From assembly GCF_964355755.1 (NCBI RefSeq), contig NC_092670.1, positions 21,996,795-22,060,794 of the forward strand: 64,000 nucleotides of DNA, in the 5' to 3' direction. Shown here in pieces: positions 12,708 to 27,913 of this stretch. A program made the translations under genes and the position numbers. Origin of the DNA: Antedon mediterranea. Lineage: Eukaryota; Animalia; Echinodermata. The notes beneath the pieces were generated by a model. It saw nothing but the letters and a program-made list of their open reading frames with translations. It was not told the DNA's origin and ran no database searches. Each line of letters begins with the position of its first letter. The stretch's first letter is position 1.

Positions 12708-15574
12708 ATTCTACAATAGTTATTTTTAGATTGTGTTATCATAAACATCACAAATATTACTGGATGTTAAAATAAATGGTTTGCGAAAATAAAGGTATTC
12801 TCAGTAATGTGATATTTATACAACATACTGTCGCACATTTTAAATGGTAATAATAATTCTTTTGGTAAAAATATAATCTGTAGTAATTTCAATAAAATTT
12901 GGTTGATTTGAAGTTTCTGAGGATTTGATAAAATGACCTAGATTTGTGAGTTTGTATCTACCTAGTATGTTATTAGTAGTTAGAGATTTTACATTATTTT
13001 GTATAATAAAAAATAATGGTTTTACTGTATACCACTTAAGGTAGGCTTATAATATGTCGACCAACATCATTGGGATGATTTTTACAGATTTTATCATTAT
13101 TAACATTTTATTATTTATTTCATAATTATTGCTGGGTGCTTAAAATTAAATCTATACACAAAAAAAACCACATAATATTATAAAGATATGGATATGAGGA
13201 ATGCAGTACTAGTAGAAAATTATGTAGGAAAAGATAAAAACAAAAACCAATAGAAAATGTAAGCAGATGATAAAAACATTGTTAATAGAATAATATGCAT
13301 AGTGTCCTGAAATTAAAATGTTTTTAGAGAAAAAAAAATATATAATGATCTTATGCATGGAAATAAAAGATACACATAAGATAAAAGAAATAAGATAAAG
13401 ATATCAGCTATCTATAATATATAGAAATTATAAACATTTCAAAATATCTATTTTTTTTAAACACATAAACATGTCAGTTATCTAATCTATAAAGAAAAAT
13501 ATTGCATTCAAAAATATTCATAGAATATACAAATAAAGATGTAAGCAGCGTTTCTACTATTATACAAAACGACTGTCACGACTGAAAGGTTTTTATTTGT
13601 GAATGTTTTGCTCAAAAAAGACATCAACCATTAGATTGTTTTTTGAATTATGTATAAATTTTACATTATTTGGCGATTACGAGAGTTAAAAAACACTTTA
13701 TAGATTAGCTATTGCTATTTTGGCATATAAACAACTCATTTTAGTGTCGATCTTATTTTAAAATTGCATGAATTATATAAAAGTAGAGTTGTAATGCCCA
13801 TAGCAAAGTAAAGTAATTGCATTTACAGATGTCGAGACAGACCGTGCGTTCATTTTGGAATGAAATATAAGTTCAGAAAATACATATTTTTTATTATTGC
13901 TCGCAAATGATTACAAATGTTTTACCAGGATTATGAACATCGACAGGGATTTATTACATTAAAAGCTCTTTTAATAGAAGTATTATATCATTTATTATTA
14001 TCTTTCATTATGTTTTATGCTGTATGGCAGTATACCATACTGTAATCATTCTATTTTGAAGATATTTTTTTTGTGTTATTTATTTCTGTACAAAAAATCA
14101 ACTCAATATGTCGAGTAAATTCATTATTTCAATCATTTACTTCATTCATTCATCTATTAATATATCAGGTCATTCATTAACCCTTCATTCATTCTTGATA
14201 CCATTCATTTGTTTTTTAATTGATTCATTCATCCTTATTATATTATACTGTACTCAATTAATTTCTTCCATAACTCATTCTTCAGCCAATTTATTCCTCA
14301 AATCATTTTCCTTTATTCATTTGTTTTATTCCATTTAGTCTTTCTCATTTTCTTAATTATTTAATTTATCCTATACTTTAACTCAATCATTTATTTTTTA
14401 CATTACAGTACACTACACTGTTTTGTTCTTTAATATATTTTCATCATTTTTCAGTCTTTTCTTCATCCTGTAATTCATTTATTCTATTGTCTGCCGTAGT
14501 GTACCATATATCCATCAGCTCATATCATTTTTGTTTGCTCTTTGAAAATTTACCAATCAGCGGATTCATTTATTTGTACATCAGATTCTTAATTTATTTA
14601 TCTACAAATTCATCTATTTCCAATTCATTTTTTTTTCTAATTTAAATAACGAGAAGGTTTACATTATCAAGTTAATTTAATATCCCCTTTGTACTAGTTT
14701 ACCCCACTAAGTATTTACCAAACTCCCCACTGAACAAACTCAGCCTCAGGAACTACATACCTCCACAGTAAACACCATCAATCCAATGATTATAACAAAA
14801 TATAATAGCTAAACCCAAATGATCATCATGGTTACTTATATCAGATCTTGTTAACAACTATACATAAACAATCATCATCATCTGATTAATGATTTAAATT
14901 TTCTAATTCTTCGGCCCTTGCGAATTTTATCCTCTCCTATAATAAGCTAGATTAAATGAAGTAAACGAGGCATAGATTGTTTCAATTATTAAGAGTAATT
15001 ACGTTTGTTTTATACTGTGTATTTTTGTGCATTTCGCTGGAAGGTAAATTACTCTTGAATTTAATTGCCCTGTTCATTGTACTTTTGATAACATTAAAAA
15101 TGAGAGTTTTGAAATTAAACCAGTTTTGGGAAATCCCCTAATGAGTTGCTACATGGCCAGGGAGAAAGTGAAAGTTGAAACTCTCAGAAGAGGTGAAAGT
15201 CTACACAAAAAAGTTTTGACCAATTGTTTCAATAGGACTGTTGAAATTACACTTTTAAATTTCAATTTTTAAAGGTTTTGGCAATATTTGGTTAAATATT
15301 ATTTTGAAATTTAAATTATACTGATAATTGTGTAGTACTGTTTTTTAATTTTTCTGTTAAAACAGTAAAATTACAATGCTGAAAAAATAATAATTTGTAA
15401 AAATTTCCTGCTTGATATTAGGCAACCTACCATTAGACCACTCTAACTGGGACCATATTCCTTTTAATAATAAATAAATATACTGTATTTATTTTAATCA
15501 GAAATGACAGGAGTAATAAATACTGAACATTAAACATTTCAATTCATTTACCTTTGTTATTTGTTTTTTTGTAG

Positions 15575-15806
15575 GTTGTTATTTTGGATGAGATTGATAT
15601 TGAGAAGCCTGAGTACATGTCAGAAGAAATTTCAATTATAAGTTTCCAAACTTTTAAATCGTTATCATCATCAACATCTTGTCAAATAAATTTAACAATA
15701 TCATTTCCGCTTCATCTTCGTTACCACAGACCATCAAACGAATCAACTATAAATTTCGCAAATGTTACGATACATCCCCCAGATACGTTTATACGCTGCA
15801 TTCCAG
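15575..15806 (+). CDS. PIGX: PIG-X coding exon 4
   Basis: tttgtag| ... ccag|gtaggt; VVILDEIDIEKPEY...FPLHLRYHRP...IHPPDTFIRC contains the DIE-x-P and PLHLRYH motifs of PIG-X/PBN1; phases 0/1. Confidence 0.96.
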
Positions 15807-16284
15807 GTAGGTCAAATCATTTTGAAAATTTAATGCTCGTGGGTAATTTCAATGAACAAATACGAATTGACTCTCCGATGCGAACATTAAAAATAAATCT
15901 TGACGAAGGTTATTAAGACGACGATAACATTTCTGTAAATTCAAAATGAAAAATATAAACTAGATCACTACAGCCTCAGTGGTTAAATTCATTTGGGATG
16001 AAAGATCCCCAATTTCCCTAATACACTTAATGCCTATGTCAATAGCAGTAATATCATAGATCTTTGTCTTAATGATATAAATACTAAGTTTCGGCTTTGT
16101 ACAACTATCTATGACAGTGTAACGATAATGGTTATTTGTAGTGCGCCAGTTTTGATGAACACCTTACAGGCATAGGAGGCATTCTAATAGGTAATCGACA
16201 TCATGTCTTCGCATCAACAATGAAATGATTTACTTTAGTCATCAGCTTTTACACTGTTAGTGTAGGAAAGATCTACGCAATAGA

Positions 16285-16650
16285 GAGACATGGAATAGCA
16301 AAAAGAGACATGGAATAGCAAAAAGAGACATGGAATAGCAAAAGATATGCAGTTGGGATCAGAGACATGTAATAGGGAAAGATGTGCAGTTGGGATCAGA
16401 TACATGTAATAGGGAAAAGAGACATTGAATAGGGGAAAAGTAGGCATGCTAAAAAGAAGTGACATGCAAATAGGAACTAGATCCATGGAATTTTTAAATG
16501 AAAGGAAGGAAAGGACAAAGAGGCATGGAATAGAGAAAAAAATCACATGCAATAGGGAAAAGAGACATGTATGCTATAGAGAAGAGAGACATACATGCTA
16601 TAGAGAAGAGAGGCATGTATGGAAAAAAGTTATCCATGGAATTGAGAAAT
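16285..16650. repeat. Degenerate ~20-bp minisatellite
   Basis: agagacatggaatagcaaaa-like units. Confidence 0.85.
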
Positions 16651-17462
16651 GATCTATACAGGTTGACAAGCCAATAGGAAGAAACATACAATAGTGAAAC
16701 AAGTTTAAATTCAATTTAAACTTTCATTTCTCATCATTTTTCCATTCTTTACACACACTTTTTGTTTGTCATTTATCATGCATTCCTTCATTAGCAATTT
16801 ATTCTTTCATTGCATCATTCACCATACATGCATGCCAACCACACTTTAATTCTTTCATTTGTCATTCATTCTATGATTCCATACAATATATTTCTGAAAC
16901 TAAAACTCATTGAAAGTTTTCAATCAGAAAAATTTACATCAAGTTCATCTGTCATCCTGTATCGAGATCGTATAAACGTTAATTTAAATTATTGATTTTA
17001 ACAAATGTGTTCATGTAATTCATTTATTTACTTCATTTTATTGATCAATAAACTAAATGACAGTTCTGATCGGCTCAATAATGAGAAAAAATAACAATTA
17101 GAATTTACGTAGATTAGGTGTGTTTCGATTAAAGTATTAGACGATGTTGCAAGAAAACAGTTACAAGGTTATGTATTTAAGATATTGCATTAATATAATA
17201 AATGACAAAGAAAAGAATATTTTAATTGTAAACATATATGTATACATATTCCTGTAGAGAAGAGATAGAAAAACTGTTTGTAGTTAAGTAATGAAAAGTC
17301 AATTAAATACAGAAACCAAAAATGTGTTTATTTCAAGAACCTGTCTAGGGAAGAAGCAGCATGTGAATACAATTAAAACACACACAATAAAATGTTAAAA
17401 GCATTAAAGTCTACAGACTTGATAACAATAGGACTGATATGAACAAACTATAGGAATATTAA

Positions 17463-17588
17463 AGCTCTGTCTACACTATCAAACTAGTTTGATGTGCCCA
17501 AATATGGTAGTGGTATGACATCATTTGTGTTCATGTATGAGTACATCACATTTTTCTGTCTAACTAGTTCTTTAGTGTAGAAAGTGCT
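17463..17588. mobile_element. MITE (Harbinger-like)
   Basis: TIRs agctctgtctacacta / tagtgtagaaagtgct with TAA/TTA flanks. Confidence 0.7.
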
Positions 17589-18283
17589 TTAGATTTGAAC
17601 ATTATGAACTTTCTGGTCACTTGGCTCCTAAAATGTATAACTCATTTTAAAACACAGTCATTATTCTCAATAGTGTACATTTAATTACAAAGAAATTTTA
17701 AACAGACTAAACAACTAAGATATATATCAAAAGCATCAAGTGATGATGGATGTGTGATTTTTTAGAAAAATGTCAAACAGATGTTGCCGAGATAAACAGA
17801 AGTAGTGTGTCTTTCTGCATAGTTGTATCATTGCAAAAATTATCTTAAATGTGGTTTGAGTAATATTTTTATGTCTTAAGTACATTATATAAAATGCCCG
17901 ATTAATATTTTCTGGCATTGGAAATTGTTTGGCCTTGATTTTCTTAGAAACTATAGGATACTTGACAAAATACATAAATAGGCAAGTCATACTTTGGCCA
18001 TCTTATTAAAAAAACCACACCCTCTTTCAAATGTTTTATTTTTATCATTCGATAATTTTTATTTATTTTTTTTTTTTTTATTTATTTCAATCCACAATCA
18101 ACAGAGGGGAGCCCATCATTTACAGACTTACATAAAACACAAGACAAAAGAAAATCGACAGGGTCCATAAAGAACCAATTAACAAAGATTTCTTAATTAA
18201 TTTACATATTGATCAAATTTGATCAATTTCGATTATTTTTTGGTTATAATAACTATAATAAATATTTGTTCTACATTCTGTAG

Positions 18284-18387
18284 ATGATACAGATTCATCT
18301 AACATAAATCAAGACTGCAAGCTTATCCTTGCTCCATGTAGCTATACTAAAACGAAACTGTGTCATTGGCAAAGTATAAGAAAAAAT
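18284..18387 (+). CDS. PIGX: PIG-X coding exon 5
   Basis: ctgtag| ... aat|gtgagt; DDTDSSNINQDCKLILAPCSYTKTKLCHWQSIRKN (APC...C-x-W motif); phases 1/0. Confidence 0.92.
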
Positions 18388-21300
18388 GTGAGTATCATTT
18401 TTGCTATATCACTATGTTCATTGAGCTTTTAATAAACTTTACTTGAAAATGTTATTTAAAACACAGTACTGTAGTTTCAATTCAAATTTATTCTGCAGTA
18501 CAAATAATTACTGTATAGTATAGTAAATTGTTTGTGGGGCTTCTATTAAAAACAAATTATTATTATACAGAATATACAGAAGACAACTTTTGTGAGTTTT
18601 AGCGTTTTTTTTCTCTATATGTTGAATACATGAAGAAGTTTATAATTTACTTTGAGGATCATTGTAAATTTCAGATAGCCATTGAAGGCTACCTGGCACA
18701 GTACCTGAGTATTCATATCCCATTCCATAGGAAACTTTGTTTTATATGCCATTCTCATCATTAATACATGTACATTTCAGTTGTTACAAAGCACGTCTAG
18801 TTCTTGGTATATCGACCACTATGCTATGAGCAATAACCATTAACAAAACAGTTCCACGTTTAAAGAGATAATTCAATTTTATGTTTTTATTTGCGAAAAT
18901 TGGTTTTAATATTTTTGTAGTCATTAATGTTATGCTAAATCTGTTAATAAAATAACATTTTGAAAAAGTTGGACTCAAAACAATGATTTTGTAATACTTA
19001 AAGTGTAGATTTACCTAATAAAAATAAATGATTTGATTGATGGTTATAAATATCGACGACCTTCACAGCAATTACTCTATTTTTATACTATATTTAAATC
19101 TGTACTTCAACTATATTAAAAACAATACTGAAAGAGAAGATAATAAAAAATGTTGCGTGTACTTTTGGAAAAACAGTTCATCAACCTCTCTCTAAAAATA
19201 ATAATGTGGCTTTATTAATTCTTAATATTGACCTTCTAAATTTTAAAAAAGTATATAATAATAGTAAATTATTTAGTATTATTACTATATTAGGCACGTT
19301 TCCGTAAATGGTTTTGAATCGTAAATGTTCGTACTAAAGATGAGTTCATGAAGGATATTTCAAGGATAAGACAAATTTTTCTATAAACACAGTCCATCGT
19401 GCATAAACTACTGTCTATCAGCATGGTTGACTGTGCCGATAGTCAATATTTGGTGTGGTTAATATCAGCACCATGTCAATTGTTAACTTTCCTTCTGTAC
19501 AATATTGACTTACTTGGTACTGTAGAAAAGTTATTTGAAGATGAGGTAAATCAATGGGTTGGGATAATCAACTCAGTTTAATTAAACCTTAAAAAAGTAA
19601 AACAAATGAATTACTACTGTACATAATACTAATCTGAATATTTATGAGGTTCTCTTTACCAAGGTCTCACAACGCTTACAGAAAATAATAAAAAAGGTTA
19701 GTTTTTCAGAACAAATTTAAACTGCCTCATCGTTAACGAATGATGTATTGTGCAGCGGCAAAAAATGCCCTTTGATTCCAGAAAGTGAATTTATTAGTGG
19801 ATGAACAGATACAGCACTATTTACTGTTTTACTTCACTTTAAAATTTACTATTATACAAGATAACAGCAATAACACTTTTTTTTTCATTAGAATATTCTA
19901 TAAATCCTGGTATTATGTTTTCTAACGCACAGAATAATTTAGTGATTTATTAATATTGATTGATTGATTATCGTTATTTCCTAATGTTAATGCAAGAAAT
20001 ATAATAATTAATTTTAATAGTTGAAAATCCAAAACAAAACTAAATTAAAGTTGTTTATTTATCATAATATTTGACTATTCCTGGTGCTTTAAAAAGATCA
20101 GGTAATATGAATTGATATATTAATTATAATATTTGATAGTAAATGTCATACAATGTAAACCTAATTTTAATATATAATGAAAAATAATAAAAAAATATTC
20201 AAATTTATTAAGATACAATATTCAAATAGTCCTGGTACATAACCTTGTATTTCAAGATAAATATAATTATATCAATTAATTGATAAACTAATGAATAATA
20301 TTATTGTTATGTACAAATTAACTTTGTTAAATATATTTGACTTATATTTGTGTAAAAGTTTTAATTATTATGGAACTATAGAGGGTGATATTTAATTATA
20401 AATGATAATATTTGATTGCTTTGAAAAACTTAACTGTTAGTGTTATTGTTATTATCATTATTTCATTGTATTACCTCACGACGTTAGTATCATTATTGTT
20501 TGTGTTGGTAAAGCCTAATTGTATAATATTTAAATGTGAACTCTTAATATGTGTTGAGTCCCATAGGGGACACTTAGTTGGTAGGTGTTTATTATTCTAA
20601 AACTTTTTTTTTATTCAAAGTAGAAAAGAAAAGTTTAATTATTTTAATAATTTTTTATAAAGGTGTGTGTCAATTGTGTTAAACATCAAAGCGGATAAAC
20701 ATCAATGTTCTTGTACATCATATGTGACAGGTCATCAAATATTGCCATGGTAATTAAACCTGACCTCTGTTTCCTATAATCATCAGTACATTTAGTTTCT
20801 AGAGGTTTGAACAATTTTAAATATGTCTGGTAATTTAGCCACTGTCATTTGGCTATCTTCAACTCTTCGTCCCCCCTTCCTAAAAAAGCCTCTCCGGGAC
20901 ATTCTGATCAATTTCTGCTGACGCATATTACAATTTAATAAAAAAAAAAGAAAACTGATGTAAGACATTTCAGTAAGATATCCATATTTGTCAAGTTACC
21001 TTTCTGGTATTAATTTTCTGAATTTGTCCTTGGAGGGCAGCTAAGTTTAACCGTAGTCCATTCTCTCATGAATCTTAATTTATATGACCCAGAAAAATAT
21101 GCAAGAATTTACCATATTTATTAATGAAATACTCGGCAATCCAATTCCCCAAACAATTTCTCACTCGCTCCCTCACTGGCTTGTCGAAATTAACGTGAAG
21201 GGAAAAATGAGTATGAACTAGTTTTCCAGTACATCTGTTTCGTAACAGCCATGTCGAATACCTACCATCAGATTTCCTTGTTGGTCATTAGGGAGATTTA

Positions 21301-24300
21301 CACTTTTTTCATAGAATTGATTTAATTTGAAGGGGGTAATGCCTTGTTTGATCCGTGCTTGCCTTCTCAATTTACAGTGTCGCTTTCGATAAACTTTTTT
21401 CATGTCCATCAAACGGTTAATAAGTTTTCTTCCCCAGGCGAATGTTTCAGAATTAAAATCTTGTCAAAACAAAGTTTAAAGCGTGTAAAAAATTTTAAAT
21501 GTAAGCAAAAATGACAAGGTAAAGTGTTAAAATGCTAGGAATTTATTGATACTTGTTGCATAGTTATTTTAGTTAAGTGCTGATAAAATTCAATCATCCT
21601 TTTATTATTTTGTTAAATATACTTAGAAATTATTAATCAATCAATGTCTATCAACCATATTACGTTATTTTCCATTAAAAAAAAAATAGCTTTACGTGTC
21701 TAATGTGCTCTTTTTTAATATTAATATTATTGTATTGTTTGAATTTTATTATTTGTTATACTTTTGGTATATTTATCTTGTCTTTGTAAATGTTAATGTT
21801 CACAAGTTTGTTTTTAATGTTGTGGGTTTGGTCCTTATACCTTCTTGTGCTGTTTATCTTTAATTGTATTATATTCATCATTTATGTCATACAGTAGAAT
21901 AATGGATGTTCATAATGTAATATATTATTATTTCAAAAAGGTACACCATATTGGTTAAACTAATCATTGGCACATGCAAAGAGGGGCTTATTCAGAAAAC
22001 TCTTTTTTTACCATACTATAATATAATTAATTCTCAATTAAAATAAGGAGTAGAAAACAGATGATATTTTGGTTATTATTTTTGTTATTAATTCATTGTT
22101 TTATTTTCAATGAACATTTGCTTCTTATTGTACATCTGGGAAACTATATATTTTGAAATAAAACAAATATTCTAAAAGCAGGGCTCATTTTCTAAAAAGC
22201 ATAATTTGCCAAGAAGGAACATTCACTTAATTTTGCCTATCATGTGTATTGTCACTAATGTAACACAAGTTGGTATTTAGCTCAGTAATAACGTACAAAT
22301 TATATTAAATTTTAGATCAAGGCCTTAAGCATGACATTAATGTATACTGTATTTACCAGCGATTGTAGAAAACAGAAACAAAATCCCTCGTTGATTGGAT
22401 AACTTCCTTCCAACTCAAAGACATTATAAAGAACATCAGACTGAAATTTGATCGTCATATCAGAACATTTGTAGCATCATCGCAAAATGACAACAATTGC
22501 ATTTATTTAATTTAAGTATGCAATAAGTCGGTAAAACTTCTTCTAAAAGACCGCAAGATTTGAAAGATTCCGACATACTTTACAATTAAGTACATACTTA
22601 TATACAACAAACCAGTACTTCTTTGAAAAATTATATCAAAATATGTGAACAGCACCCTTAAATATTTAAGTTTAATTTAAGTATGTACCTTATTATCAAG
22701 ATATTCAAATACTCTGTGTTATTAGTAGTCTTTTTACAATTTGTCTTTTTTAACTAAACTTAAACTATAGAAGTGTATCTGAATATAAACCTACTTAAAT
22801 AGATAATGTTAAAAGGACTTACTTATTCTCTATTTGAGTAAGTATGTTATATAGTGCACTTAATCACAAAACAGTAGTACACAAATTGATTTTTCTTTCA
22901 CATTTTATTTAAAAAAATGTTTCTTAAACAAACTTTAAACCTTATACTTCCTACTGTATGGATTATATTTTTTCCTTCGTTGTTTTAATCGTAAATTAAA
23001 TAATTTCCCTTGGGAAATAACTTTTTATGTACTTGTACAGAAATTATTTTAAAAATGTTTAAACGATACTGTTGATTCGCCGATTAAACGATTTCCCGGT
23101 GCAAAAGTTCATTCAGGAAAAATGTAATAAGTTAGGAAGAAAAAATTGCCAAGTCCGTCAGAATTCAATTAGCATTAAGTAAGAAGTGAATTTCGTGGGT
23201 GCATGTACCGCCAGTGCGTATCAAATCAAGTCTAGCAGCGTATAGTAATTAAGAGAAATTTGCGAAGTAATCCCACTGGGAGAATACACCCTCGTACTTA
23301 AAAACACGATAAGAAGTTATTTGACAGAAAATCATGAGGCTGGTATATTTAAGAACGTGGTATTCTATAGTTACTATGTTCCACCACATGTTCAATGTCG
23401 GTGTTAATTAAATTTTAAAGCTTTTAATAATTATGTTATGTTATTTATTATATAGCCTGCCAAGTTTATTGAATTTCAGCTGTTTTTGAGTTTCCTAAAA
23501 ATGACCATTGATTACTAGCTGTGAAAGACGGCATTTAAGTTATAGTATCATGGTTTTACTTTTGTATTTGATATAAAAGTTTAGCATAAATGTTTAATGG
23601 TAAAAAAAAAATTGGGGTCGTAATATTAGCTTAAAAACAATTTATGGGAATTTACATACAAGTACTGTACTGAACAAAAAGTGTAATTGTAGTGGTAGAC
23701 TTTTAGAATTAATTCAGCAATAGCTCTTATGTGGTTATATTAAACACAATTAATTTAATTTTTTGTGGTTTAAATGTTTAACTTCCACCCAGTTCCCACT
23801 CAAAGAAACTTTGTGAAGGCAACAAAAGCTTGTCACAACCCTAATCCTTTTGTCCATCTTAGCCATTTGTCCCCCACCCCTAGCCATTTGTCACCGACCC
23901 TTAATGTTTTGCCATAATGTCACTTTTGGATTCATCCTTTGTAATGATAATATAATATCTATAGAAATATTTCCACAAACAATATTACTGTATCATCATT
24001 TTAGTAATGCAAAATATAAAGATACTATTATGAAACATAAATTCTTTATATTTTAGAATTTTTTATGGCTTAATTATGTTTTTATTAAGTTCTTCCTCAT
24101 CTCCGTCATCTTCCGTAAACATCAGACAAATTATATAAATCATTTTAGCGTTAAGAATCAAATTAGATTTACAGTTTCGTCAACAGACATTTCACATTAA
24201 GCCAAGTATGTCGTTTACTAATGTGTTTTCTTTGTATGCTAATTAAGACCGGATAACAATTCCTAACAATTTTTTTAGATATCCAGAACAAATATCAATG

Positions 24301-26425
24301 CAGGAAATATGTTGGCTATAGCATTTAATTTCTATTTTAAAATAACAAAACTTTGAAAACCAAAAATTGTATTATTTATACCATAATTAAGGTAAAAATA
24401 TTTTGTCCTCAGGGTCTTGGCAAACTTTAACATTGATAAATAGCCCTACTTACCTTTCCATCGTTGGTAAACCAAAACGTCATGACATAAGTCACTTTCT
24501 AAAAAAATGATGCTACACCTTTAATTTTATAGGCTGGGTCTGAATCTGAATCTCTATCAATTGTTCTATTTCTGTTTATTTATTTATGTTTGTACTATAT
24601 ACTGTACTATATACCTTCTACTTTTATGTATTTTTTATTTCGGAAATTTAACAGTATTGAAATCTCCACATCACTTTCCTGACACCACCAAGGTGGTCAC
24701 AATGAAATGACTATGGTTATTACTACTCTATATAATAATGATATACCATAGTTTTATGGTAAAACTACATGTCTACACAAACACATTTCACTTTTCAAAA
24801 AGAATCTTGTTATTAAAATGAAATAATTAGTTGTCTACGACATTTAAATAATTTTGACAGCGTGATGAGTGAAAGAAATCCATTTCGTTTTTCTCAAAGA
24901 AATGCAACAGAGATGTTTTTTAAAAATAAATGAAATGACTGCAAGATATTTGCCAGATGTTTGTAATAATATTTATATGTGATTGTAAATTGAAAACTTT
25001 ATATTTTTCAAGCAAATCATCATTATAGCAACATATACTCGAGTTATTTTCAGAACCAATATACGTGATCAACATATTGATTTCGCCATGCAAATTTCAA
25101 ACAATATAGTAAACATTACCAAAAAGAACATTAATACATTAAACATTACTGAAATATGTATCGCTTTTGAATGTACTTTTTTTTAATGGGGATTAAGAAA
25201 CATGAATAAAGATTGATTTTAGAGTATTAAATCCACATGGATTAAGGTTGATTTATTGAGATTTATTTTAGGTGGAAAAACTTTAAAGTTGATCTAGATT
25301 AACGACACTGTCCATCTAACCTAGAGGTGTTGAATCAATTTTCTGGGATGAAAATACTTGAAATAGGATTATTGAATTAAGTCTGGGATTAGAATGGATT
25401 AATTCCATGCAGATTAAACCAATTTTAATTTTGGATTTAGGGGTTTTCGCTATCGAATAACATGCCTAAGGATATATGAGATGTTGAAAGATTACTACAT
25501 AGCATTTAATTCAAACTGTTTGGAAATTTGATTCTAAAGACATCGTTTTATGATATAAACTTAATTTCTTTGCAGTATTTGAACTTTTTTATGTTGTAAG
25601 AGTGGTTGTTCCCATTTAAACTTCTTTTTTGTTTTCAGAATGGTTGTTCAAATACATTTGTTTTTAATGAAATAAATTAACGTCTCCCTCTAATTAAAGA
25701 CCACATGAAGAAATAAAGAAACAATTTCTCTATCTAGCATATACTAATTGTTTCGATTTGATTTATTTATTTATCAGTGGTCCAATGGTACATGTAATAC
25801 CTTTCGATTGATGTATTTACTTTTTTGAGTTCATCTCTTTATTAGGCAGCTGAGTATAAGCACAAACCAATTCTTAATTTAAAGTGATTCTAATCAACCT
25901 ACATAATCATGCAGTTTCTTTATTTCTTTAAGTATGATGCCAGTTATACTGTAGATGCAAAGTAGTAAATTTTTTAAATAAAAATATTTTAAGAATTGTG
26001 AAAAGTTTGCCATTTTTCCTGATTGTATATTAAATTACTGTAACATATTGAAAATTTAGGTGATAGTGTAATAATTGTATTTGTATATTAAAAACAATTA
26101 CTATACAGTAAAACTACACCGGTTGTCTTGGATGCATTATGTGCCAGTTGTAGCATAATCACATAATATACAAATCAACAGATTACGTATAATCGGCAAG
26201 AGTTTTAAAACTCGCATCATCTCATAAACCGCCATTATTCAAAAGATTAAAAACAATTACCGTAAAAACTAGACAAATTTTGATAGCCGATATCATCCGC
26301 GGATCGACGCTAGTTGAAAATTAATTAATTTTTATGTTCAAATGTTATTTTGTTCCATCGCCTGTTTTGACAGGTGTGTGATTGATGATAAATTAATTTC
26401 GCAACATTTTTTAATATCATTACAG

Positions 26426-26572
26426 GAGGGCATGTCAATCATTCTGCAAGTTCCCGTCGGACAACAGAACGACTTCGTTGTCGTGTTCCTTGGAACAGTG
26501 TTATGTGTGATCGCAAGCGTTTTATACATCCTCTATGTTCTGTTTAAATCAAGTAAAGACGTAGTAACCTAG
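26426..26572 (+). CDS. PIGX: PIG-X coding exon 6 (VPVG motif, C-terminal transmembrane helix, stop)
   Basis: ttacag|; EGMSIILQVPVGQQNDFVVVFLGTVLCVIASVLYILYVLFKSSKDVVT*; AATAAA at about 26688 and 26743. Confidence 0.95.
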   Translation, partial: EGMSIILQVPVGQQNDFVVVFLGTVLCVIASVLYILYVLFKSSKDVVT

Positions 26573-27806
26573 TGTGAAGCTATTTTGGATGTGCTGTACA
26601 TTTTCATGGTGTTTCATAAATACATATTCCAATCATACGATTAGTGCAGTCTCCTCCCAAAGCCAGTTTTGCCAGCAAGATTTAAAGAATAAACTAGCTC
26701 CCTACCCGTTTAAAAATTATGTAAGAAAATATTTATACATACAATAAACACATTTTGTCATAGTGATATGCTAGGCCTATTGTAGCCATGTTAAACATAT
26801 TAAACAAGAGCAATCAGAGACTATACTCTGTCAATTGTATTGATAAAAAATACAATATATTTTTACTTTCTTTGTATTTATTATTAGTCAGTAAGTATCC
26901 TAAATTTGGAAAACTCTCATGTATTGACACACTGTTTTAACACCATGATTAGTGTCGTGTTTTCTATAGTCTTTCAGTCAATTTATTTTTTTAATGTATT
27001 TAAGTTGTAACAAACCTAATCTGGTTTACAGTACTATTAGTAGTATTTGTGTTCTATTGAAAGATATATACAAATTATATTTAAATTTTTGTTTTTCTAT
27101 TATTTATTCAATGATTTATTCACATGGAATAATAAACAAATTCAAGCTACGGTGTTTGTAAATTGTTGTTTGTTTTTTATAATAATATAGTGACAAATTG
27201 TAAATATGTGGCTAGTCAATATCATATATTGTCAACTTAAGCTGTATTTTTAGTTTGAAAAAAAAAAAATATATATGTTGAAGATGCTTTCGACTGGGAT
27301 GCATGTTGGTATTAACTATGCTAAATTTAATTATATTACACATTAAAATGTAACCCTACTACCATGCTCTAAAAACATGAACAAAAATCCAACATGTAAA
27401 TATTATTGTTAAAGGTTGATTGAGTATTTTAAACTAATGAATTCAATTTAAAATGTCATTAATATCTTGTAGAAAACGAGTTTTTGATGAACGGCGCGGT
27501 AGATTGATTTCAAAAGCGAATTTCATTTTTATGTGAAAACACGGTCAAACGATGTTTGGATGATTCACAGTCCCGTTATCTGACCACTGCACCTCGGTGT
27601 CCATAAAAGTATTTCACTTTGAAGAAATAATTGAATAAAATGATTAAAATTAAATTAAGTTTGAGGGTTGCGAATGGGTATTCGTATCTGTAGCACTTCC
27701 TCTTTCTCCACCCTATAGGGTAGGCATTTAATCAATACAATTTTAATTCAATTCAATTTCGTTTTTATTCCAAATCAAACTATAAAATTGTGCAAACCAA
27801 AGGTAA

Positions 27807-27913
27807 TACTGTATGACCAGGTTTAATCCCAGGTACAAAAAGTACCAAATTTAGCCTAAATTAGGGAGTGGGATTAGACCCAAGCATGGGATTATACTCG
27901 GTAATATACAGTA
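27807..27913. mobile_element. Small TA-flanked MITE (Tc1/mariner/pogo-like)
   Basis: tactgtat.acc....aatccca / tgggattatactcggtaatatacagta imperfect TIRs. Confidence 0.55.
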
